A DNA stretch of 64,000 nucleotides, taken from NCBI RefSeq assembly GCF_009914755.1, contig NC_060926.1. One strand, given 5' to 3'. Position 1 is the stretch's first letter. Each line of letters starts with the position of its first letter. Position numbers and translations under genes: made by a program. Source of the stretch: the human T2T-CHM13v2.0 reference genome, Homo sapiens. Positions 54,801 through 64,000 of this stretch are shown piece after piece. A model generated the notes under the pieces. The model ran no database searches and was not told where the DNA came from. It saw nothing but the letters and a program-made list of their open reading frames with translations.

Positions 54801-57581
54801 GACATTCAGATCAGGGCCCCATCTCTTCTGGACTTGCATACAACAACCTGTTGGTGCCTGGATTTCCTGATTTTGAAAACAGTTTTCAGTACCAACTCAA
54901 AAGGGTCACAGGAGGACTAAGTGAAACACTCCAGGCCTGTTCCTTTGGGGAGAAGGGAATCATTTGAGCCCAGCCTCAGCATTATTGCTGCCATGATTGC
55001 TGTGTAATGATGTCCCAAGTGCAGGCGCGTGGCAGGTGTGTTTAGAACGTGCTCCGATGCCAGTGAGTGAGACGAATGGAGGACTGCGCTCACTGTGCCC
55101 TGCTGCTGTGTCTTCCTCTATACCCTGTCAAGTGGGCAGAGAACACTGGGGTCCAGAAAGCTGGCTCCCAGGTATTTGGAGAGCCCCACGGAGGGCTGTG
55201 GGAGGGAACAGGCACTGGTTTGTTCTCTGAGTAGCACTTAGGAGGAAGCAAATGAATACAGCCATAAAATAGAGCAAAACAGCTGAGCCTGGTTGGAGGA
55301 AACATTTCAAAGGAAATAACCCTAGATTTAGATCACACATGTTGGAGCCCGGAGTGAGGTTTTTCATAACCTCCCTCTGAAAGGCAGATATTCGTAGTGG
55401 AAATGCTGACAGCCATGTGCCTGGGCCGGGTCTGAAGGCAGCTGGAACCTGCAGCCACCCTGCTCCTGTGATCTGCTCGGCCTGCACGGAGCAGCCCTGT
55501 GATGGGGCCACCCTTTATCATGCCACTTAAACTCAGCAGGGCTTCTGGGTTTTTTGTTTTTGTTTTTTTAACTCATCAAGGTGCTACCAGCTGCAAATGC
55601 TAGTTCTGAATCTGGGTGAGACCTGGTGTTTCCCTTCACTGATTGACAGCATTGAGGGGAATCTCCTAGACCAGGCTGACGTCAGACTTGACTCCTGGTA
55701 GGTGTGGGGGACAGGCCCCTCCTGGCACCTGCGGGCCTCACATGCAAGGGCTTAGCCTATATCCTTAGCCTATGCCAAGCTTACACCCATGGCTGGCCAC
55801 AGAGCGGGCGTGACTCTGCCCCAGGTAGCCTGCACTTCCATAGCGGCTCACATGGTCCTTCACTTGCCTGCTGTGGTTCCCACCTTCGTGGATCTCACTG
55901 ACTCACTGCCTCTCTCCTCTTCCTTTCTGAATCCTGTACGTCCTTCCTGACCACTGCTGAGTCCCGTTTTTCCCATGAAGGCTTCAGAATGCCCCCCGGT
56001 GGCCTACCTGCAGTTTTCGGAAAGCCCTTTGGCCACTGGCCTAGGTGCCTCTGTGGTGCCCTACAGCACAGAGCCCAGTTGTGCTGCTGCAGAGACCCTG
56101 TAGGCCCCAAACCCAAAACAGTACCCTGGCAGACAGAATGTGCCAGGCCTGCACACAACCACTCCACCCTGCTCAGTTTCCGCTTGGTGAGGAGAAAACT
56201 CAGAGACAGCTCCCGCTTCCTCCTGCCCTGAGCTCTGTGCTCCTCCAGGGAGATCTGCCCAGAGGGCAGCTGGCATTTACTCAGTTTTTTTCTGCTACTT
56301 CTGGAAAGGTGAGGGAGAAAGAGTGGAAACTCACAGGCATTTACCCAGCCTGATGGCATTTGCCTAACCCAGCTTGTAGCAATCATCCCATGATGATTCT
56401 AGTATCATAGTTTCTTCCCAGCCACCTCTGTGTACACAATAAAGAGTTCCCTCTGCTTTATTCTTTCAAATCACTGTGAGCTCCCCATATAGGTGTGCAC
56501 TTAGGCTGAGCCAAGTACAGCCTAAGAAGGAAGGGGCTCCATTGGGCACCCAAGTGGGAAACTTCCTCCAGGTATAGGATCAGGGGACACTGTCACTCAC
56601 AGATGGTGAATTGACCTAACTGAGGCCCTGAGGACCAGCCCAGGGAGCCTTTTCTCACAGCTGGTACCTCCCCAGGCTGTGTAATTCACGGACCTTCCCC
56701 CAGTGGGTGTGCCTGGGCTGCCCCTCCCAGCCCCTCCAGGTGATGCCGCAGCCCTGAGAGGAAGGATGTGGCTTAGCCGGCCAGGAGGGTTTATTCCCCG
56801 GTTGCTCATGGACTTGAACCTTCATGCCACCTTTCCTGATAACCACCACCCAGGATCAGACTTTCGTCAAACTCTTCACTGCGCACAACGCCTGCTATCT
56901 TGTAGAACAATGGGAGATGTGGGAAGGAGTCGTGTCCTGAGACCTCGCCAAATCACTCAAGATGACAGATTATTGACACCTCCTGGGGTATGCTCAGGCC
57001 AGCTTCTGGGGCTTGACAGCCTGAGTGGAGGCGGTTACTGAAAAGAGCTTCTGTGGTTTATGCTGACCAGAGCAGACTCCCCTGCCACAGCCGGTCACCA
57101 GCCATTAGAAAGTGCATTCCAGTCACATGCTTTGAAATCTCCTCCGGGGACCTGCAGTGCTCAGGGCAGGCTGGGAACCTGCTGTCATGGAGCATGCAGG
57201 GCCAGCCCACGTCTTCTGATATGGGGCTTCCTTCCCATCTTGTCCCTAGTCCCTCACTGTCTGCAAGGCGGCACCGTGCATCCCAGAAATGGCCAGCAGT
57301 TGAAAAGATTGGGGCGACAAGGTAGTGGCCCTTGGAAAACTCTTCTTTCTCTATGAGTCCCCTCTCTCCATCATGGCTCCTGGGGTTTTTGAGCTGCTCC
57401 AAAAACCTTTTCAATAAAACCTATGCCACCCCACCAGCCTCTTCTGTGTTTTCCCTGCAGTCTGACGGATTTGAATGCATTGCCAGTTTGTGAATGGAAA
57501 TGTGGCCTGGAGAGTGCAGAGGGCTGGTGTGGCATGTGACCATGATTTAATGCAGCCTCCCCTCTCCCCTTTCTCACTCAG

Positions 57582-57935
57582 CTCAATGACTCCGCCAAGC
57601 AGCTCATTGAGATGGACAAGCCATGCCCAGCCGCTGCATCCAGCTGCAATGCCTCCCTGCCCTCTGACTCCGGCGCTGTGGCCAGCGTGGCCCCAAGTCC
57701 CACTTTAAGCAGCTCAGGGGCGGTCAGTGCCTTTCAGCGGCGTGTGGATGGCAAGAAGAACACCAAGAAACGCCACTCCTTCACCGCGCTCAGTGTGACG
57801 CACAGATCCTCCCAGGCTGCCAGCCACAGGCATTCCATGGAAATTAGTGCTCCAGTGTTGATCAGCTCCAGCGATCCCCGAGCCGCGGCCAGGATTGGAG
57901 ACCTTGCTCATCTGTCGTGCGCTGCTCCCACCCAG
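57582..57935 (+). CDS. SH3RF3: SH3RF3 internal coding exon (probably exon 4, 354 nt, phase 0-0): linker and POSH-type Rac-binding region
   Basis: Pyrimidine tract cctctcccctttctcactcag|CTC, donor CAG|gtaaca. Encodes LNDSAKQLIEMDKPC...KKNTKKRHSFTALSVTHRSSQAASHRHSMEISAPVLISSSDP...APTQ. KKNTKKRHSF and RHSMEISxPVLISSS are conserved in POSH/SH3RF1. Confidence 0.95.
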
Positions 57936-58484
57936 GTAACATCCCGCGGGCCAGGGCAGGCATCCCTGGGTTCTCTGGGGTTCTATCCTCAGCTCCGTGT
58001 TCAGTGTCCCCCGTTCCTCAACTAGCATGGAGGCCGCCCCAGAACTGCCTTTTGGGGTTGAGTGGGGTTTGCCCTTTGCTACCTGGCACTGGGGCCCCCC
58101 TAGAAGCGTGGAGAATGGTGAGTGTGCCCTCCCTGGTTCAGAAGATGGCCTCGTGGTGTGTGAGCTGATTCTCAGTGGTCCAGGGAATGTCTGAGTAACA
58201 CCCACCCACCTCATGACAAGCTTTTCCCCGTGTCAGTCGGCTTCCGGATGTCTGATTATGTCCTGGAAGAGTCTTGGCTTAGTGCTAGCATATTTTTACC
58301 ATCTCTGCAATGTTTGCTAATTTCCCTTTCAAGAGAAAGAAGGAGTCAGAGCTCAGAATCAGAATCAACTACATTGTTGAGTACTTTCGTTACTGTTGTT
58401 TCTACAGATACCTTCTATTTCTAGACTCCATTTCCACTAGTTTTTTTTTTTGTAAATTGAAGTAACCAAAGCAAAGTATTTAAA

Positions 58485-58635
58485 GGCTGGGCACAGTGGC
58501 TCATGCCTGTAATCCTGGGGCTTTGGGAGGCCGAGGCGGGAGGATTGCTTGAGGCCAAGAGTTCAAGATCAGCTTGGGCAAGACCCTGTCTCTACAAGCA
58601 ACCAATCAGTCAATCAATAAAATAAAATAAAATGA
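58485..58635 (+). mobile_element. Free left Alu monomer (FLAM/AluJ left arm), sense
   Basis: ggctgggcacagtggctcatgcctgtaatcc...ggattgcttgaggccaagagttcaagatcagc...gtctctacaa, then an A-rich tail with no right arm. Confidence 0.85.
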
Positions 58636-59194
58636 TTAAAAAAATTTTTAAATAATGAACAATATTTAGTAAGTACTTGCCTGTAGCTCTGACAAGACCC
58701 CTCACAGTGGCATGCACAGGGCAGGAGTTGGGCAAGTTTCCCCTTTATGAATGCAGAGACTGCAGCAGGAGATGGAAGGGGCTTTCCCAGTGCCCGGCAG
58801 GGTGACCCTGCAGCCACACTCCTGTGCCATTGTTGTCTGACCTTCTGCAGGACTGTGGCAGATGTCCATGGGTGAGCCCAAGGTGCCCACACAATGGTGC
58901 CCACTCCATTTCTCCCTGCGCTGCAGCCTTCCACCCAGCGGCCCACCCGCCACCACGCTCCACATTCCTTCCAGAGTCCCTCTGGCTGCCCTGGACAGGC
59001 CTCAGAGCAAGGGCGCTGATCTGCGGGGAATCATGGGGCAGACACCAATAAGCAACTGGCTGGGAAGAACTGTCTTATTCAAAATCACAATGAACTCAGA
59101 CAACTTTACACACAGAATTGTCTTAAAAATTGCTGAGCTTCTGGAGAAGGGCCATGTAATCTAGATGTGCCACATCAGCCTAGAAATGCCCCCT

Positions 59195-59716
59195 ACACAC
59201 ACTTGCACACATGCACGCACACACACACATATTACATGGACACTTGAGCACATGCCCGCCCGCACATATGCACTCCCACGCACATGTGCACTCATACACA
59301 TGGCACACACATATACCTGCACACCCACACATGTGCACTTACATACACCGCCATCCACATGCACACCTACACATATACACATGCACACACATATACACAT
59401 ATACACCTGTGCACACATGTGCACTTATATGCACCCCTTCCACATGCACACACATACACATGTGCACACACATGCGTACAGGTGCATTTACACATACACC
59501 CCTCCAGGTGCACACCTGCACATACACATGCACACACACGTACGTATACACATACACACCTGTGCACACACACACACACACTTGTGAACTTATATGCGTC
59601 CCTTCCACATACACACCCACACATACACCCGTGCACACATGTAGACATTTATACATGCGCACACACACATTGGTGGATACACACTCACCTGCACGCATAT
59701 GTGTGCACACACACAA
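59195..59716 (+). repeat. Long degenerate (CA)n / alternating purine-pyrimidine tract
   Basis: About 520 bp of cacacatgcacacacatatacac-type sequence, with recurring units such as acatatacacctgtgcacaca. Confidence 0.92.
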
Positions 59717-62700
59717 ACGCTGGCTCTCATCGGCGGCTGAGGCTGAGGTCTGGAATGGGTGCTGTAGTGTCTGGAGCTGTAACCGTGCAGTCATCTGCCC
59801 CCATGGTTACCCCACTGCCTGGATGCTCCCACAGCCTGTGCCTGGGAGCCATATTCCCCAGAGAACAGCCATTGGGGCTGCTAGTGCATTTTCTGTAAGG
59901 GGAAAAGCATAACCTTGGTCCCAACCCTAACTCCACTCCTGACCTGGGCTAAATTCTTCTTGAGCACCTCCTATTTGGAAATTCCTGGGAGGGGCATGGT
60001 GACCCAGTGGCGGACCAGTGTGGCTGTGCTCCCTGTGTGTGTGCACATCTGGGGGGTAAAGCCACAAGCAGTGGCTCTTGGAATAGTCTTGCTTATTCTT
60101 GCTCAAACATCCTTGACACCGGGCAGGTTGTCATGGTGGTGCTAAGACTGGGGGGAGCTCACCCTGTTTGTCACCAATGACAAAGTGTGATAACTTTGGC
60201 CCAGAGCTGGGGTCCCTCCTTGGCAACCTGAGCAGCTGTTGGCGATGTGAACAGTCGAAAGTTGTGTTGTGAAACAAATTTGGCTCAAAGGGAAGTTGCA
60301 GCAGGTTTGAGGGGTACCCCTAAGAAGAGGACTGAGGAGCAGCGGCCTGGCCCTTGTGGACCACTTGGGTAGGTCGTTTGTCTCCTTCCTCCTAGAAGAG
60401 CAAAGGCCACTCTCACTGTAGTCAGGGACCCCCATCAACCAGAGGGAGGGCCCTTCTTCCTGATCACCAGCCAGAGATGGCCCTGGAACTGCCAGGCCAG
60501 TGCCTATCCTGACAAGTATCTGGCCTGTGTCCTGTAATTTGTGAGTAATATGTCCAAAGCTGCCCTCGGTGTTCCTTGGAGTTCTAAAAAAGGAGCCCAC
60601 AGGGCCCATGACTTTGCAAAGCTGCTGCTGTGTCCCAAGAGGGCCAGGGGCATCTTCTCTGCCACTTTCCCACAGGCCCCTGAGATGTGGGCTCAGCACA
60701 CACAGGTACAGGATCAGGTTTCCTCTCCTTCCTGCATCCTCACCTGCACCAGCCTCTCATGTTGCCATGGCCTCCGTGTTAAAACAAGCAGAGGGAACCT
60801 TTCTAAGCTCTCTGCAGTCTGATGTCTATTGGGGCTGGAAGGGAACAGATGTTTCTATTAATTTGCATACTACCTGGCTCCACAGGGATTAGAATTAGGG
60901 ATTGACGGGACTGGGATCCTGGGATCCATTTTCCAGCAGTTCGACTTGAAGCGAAAGTCATGGCCAGGCTACTGACTTTAGTTTGGGTCACCTCAAAGGG
61001 CAAGAGGTCAAATAAAGCAGTTGCCGCCTGTCTCCCTGTCCTGATTTAATCGAGCTGCCGGGAGACAGAAGGGGCACCTGGTGCAGGTGTGAGCTGTGTA
61101 TGCTGCCCCTGCGGGCTCCAGTGTGCTGCTATGGTCTGGATGTGCCCAGAGACCAAGCCCTCCCGGTCTGCCCCTGCTCTGCACTGCCTTCCTGGTTCCT
61201 ACCACCTTGCTGGCCATGTGCGTCTGACCAGGAAGTGCCTGGCCTGAGGACTGGCCCATGGCAGCCAAGGTGAGCCAGACTCAGGTCCTGCTGTGACCAC
61301 AGTGCTGCAGGGATTCTCTTCCCCACCATGCTGGCCACAGCCCAGGAGAGGGAGCCCAGGCCCAGGATTCTGTGGTCAGTGGGTGGCACTTCGGCTTTGA
61401 TCATCGGCTTGGAGAAATTCAGCATTGCTGTGTCATGGGCTCATCCACAAACAGAGGCCCCTCACATGCCAGCACTGCCATCGTGGGAAACATGGAGTGG
61501 ACAGAGCAGGAAGGCCCGCAGCCCCAGGCTCCTCGGTGCCTACAGCATGGGGCAGTGCTGGCCCCAGCAAGGGCCACTGCAGCAGCCAGTCCCCTGCCTC
61601 TCACAGTCCCCTCGGGACCCAGTGTGTCCATTCAGGCTGTGATAAAGAACATCTTGACTGACAGGATGAATTCTTGGCACCTGGAGACTGGGGCTGTAGG
61701 GGAAGACAGGATGGTGAAGTGTACAAGGCTGGTCATCTGGACCAGGACTTCTGGGCCATGGGGGGCAGAGGATTACAGATCGTGGGTTGTGTGTCCCAGT
61801 GCATTTACTTTTGGGGTGAGCATGGTATCGTCCCTGGTAGTTATTGAATCCTCATTGAACGTTGCACTGGGTTCTGTAGAAAGGTCCAAACAGCAGGCGT
61901 CTGCCCTGGAAAAGCAGCTGGCTGGAGTGGAGATGGGCTGCTTGCTGGGCACTGTGCTGTCCAACGCATCGACTGCAGTTGATACACAGTCAGGGTGGGT
62001 GGGGGGATGTGGATGAGGAAGCCCCTTAGCTGGCCGAATTAAGGGGCTCTCGCTGTAATGGACTGGTTTTGCTCTTTCTTTGGTGTTGTCTTAAAATAGA
62101 AAGGAAGCGTGCGTCTGTGGTTTCTATAGAAATGCGTCTGAGGCACAGGGGACACTTCCCTGCTTCTCAGAGTGCCCGAGCACCATGAAGCCTGGGAGCA
62201 CAGCCTGAGAGCCGCGCACTGTCCGAGGCTGGCCTCCTCCCCGCAGCTGTTAGGGGTGCGTCTGTAGTTTGCCTGTCCCCCATCTCTCCTTCGGCTTCTT
62301 CTGCTGATCTCACCTCCTCTGTCCTGGCTTGCATCACTTCTCAGCTTCCCCGACTGCGTGGCCCACCTCACCCCACAGTGAGCCAATTGTTCATTGTTTC
62401 CACTTCAGAGATGAGGAAGCCGAGGCCCCAGGGGTAGTGGTGACACCTCAGGGCTGTACTTCTGTGCCAGCCCTCCCTGGCCTTCCAGGACCCCACTCTT
62501 GTCAGGACATGGTTATCACTTAACTTTCCAGTTTACTCCGTAAAATGCACAGGGCTGACCTCAGGCCAAAGGAGACACGCAGGAGAATGCCAGCAGGTCC
62601 CTGCGGTGCTCCATAAAGTGCCCCTGCTTTGCTTTTCTTTTAGGCTGAGGCCAGGCTCAATGCAGGGTGCTGGGGTGGAGGTGCAGGCTCCCTCTCTCTA

Positions 62701-63759
62701 GCTGTGTCACCCCAGGAGAGTTGCTGAACCTCTTGGAGCCCTGCAGTTAAGAGCCAGCCTCCAGAGCCAGACGGCCAGGTTGAGCACTTATCCTTGCACC
62801 TGCAACCTTGGGTAAGCTGCCTGACCTCTTCCCAAAAACTCCCCTACCTGTCTGTGGAATGGAGCCAAGCTGTGCGCCCCCACCATGGCCACTGTGAGGG
62901 TGGAGTGAGGGCGTGCGTGCGGGCTGCCCTCCTTGGTAGGTGTACCTTGAGTGTTGGCTGTGGTGGCTCTTTCTGCTGCTCAGGGAATCAGGGAATGAAT
63001 CACCAGTCCAAGACACCAGGCACCAGACACATCATCTCTAGTCACTGCTTTCTGCTCCAGGAGCCCATCTCTGGCTTGGTGCTGTGCTGGGTCCTGGAGG
63101 TTTTGGAAAGCTGGTGGTGGGTAAGAAGTGGGTGTGGCCGAGACCACTGCAGGATGGGAAGGAGGGGAAGTAAAGGAAGGAGAAGAAAAAGTGTCAGAGA
63201 CTGACACCCACACAGCCTGAAATATCCACTGTCAAGCTCTTTGCAGGAAAGGGCTTTAGGCTGAGGCTTTGTTGATGAGAATGCTGAAAAGGAAGAGCTG
63301 TGAAACCGAGGAGAGAGCTGGGAGCTGTGTAAGGTGAGCTCGAGGCCTGGCGGGGAGTGGGGTGCCGATGCAGAACAGGCCAGCGCCTGGCCTCTGAGTA
63401 GCCATGTGGGAAATGCTACAAGTTCGAGACTGGGAGTCTCAGCAGCCACTCTGCAGGGGCAGGGACAGGGGACAGAAAGATGGGGGAGTGGGGCCTAGAC
63501 GGAAGTTTTGCCGGGCCTAGGCTGGCCACAAGCACAGTCAAGGTTGCCAAGGAGCTGCTGGGGCTGGCCACTGGGCACCTCCCAGAGGCTGCCACGGGCA
63601 CACAGGGCCTGGGCAGGTGGGGTGTGGCCCAGGCTGGCGGCCAAGCAGAGCTGACCCCTCTCCCACCGGGTGCCCCCTCCCAGCACCTTTGCGGAAGGCC
63701 CATTCTCATTCTTCTCTCATTGACCTACTGCTTCCTCTTTCCCATGGATGTGCTCGACT

Positions 63760-64000
63760 CTCTGCAGTCCGATCTTGCCCACCACCCCTGCTGCTGAAGC
63801 TGACCCAGCCACAGTTACCAATGCCCTGTCCAGCATCCTCCTTCCTCATCCGCCATCTTGACCTCTTGGCAGCACTTGACGCTGTGGACAGCACCCCTTC
63901 CTGAACCTGTCCCCTTTGATCTGTGCCTCTTCTTTCCAGTGGAGCCCCGTCCTGGCCCCTCCTGCCAGACCCTCTTTCTAACCCCTATGTCTACACAAAT
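63760..64000 (+). mobile_element. L2/CR1-clade reverse transcriptase remnant
   Basis: Translation LIRHLDLLAALDAVDS resembles the L2 RT motif LLDLSAAFDTVDH. Confidence 0.55.

Noticed and set aside
59161-59912. Long overlapping His/Thr-rich and Cys/Val-rich ORFs (up to 233 aa) on both strands
   Set aside because: Artefacts of the degenerate CA repeat, which rarely contains stop codons.

Overview
Primate (very probably human) genomic DNA, with no prokaryotic features. The window lies inside one + strand gene, SH3RF3 (POSH2; RING/SH3 E3 ligase scaffold). It holds three internal phase-0 coding exons (6664-6939, 30576-30671, 57582-57935; probably exons 2-4). Spliced, they give a stop-free 242-codon stretch encoding SH3 domains 1 and 2 and the POSH-type Rac-binding region. 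The rest is intron, rich in transposon remnants: about 12 Alu/FLAM copies, a ~7.8 kb antisense L1MC-type element carrying a nested Tigger4/Zombi DNA transposon and two Alus, a MER39-type solo LTR, MER20, MER58, and MIR/L2 fragments. There is also a 62-bp tandem duplication and a ~520 bp degenerate CA tract. I found no convincing new multi-gene system. The most interesting signals are in splicing architecture: two overlapping near-consensus donors at the first exon (the alternative creates a premature stop), a perfect TACTAAC distant branch point with an AG-exclusion zone at the middle exon, nearby inverted Alu pairs, and circRNA potential. Repeat subfamily names come from my recall of consensus sequences, and repeat edges are approximate unless a TSD is quoted.
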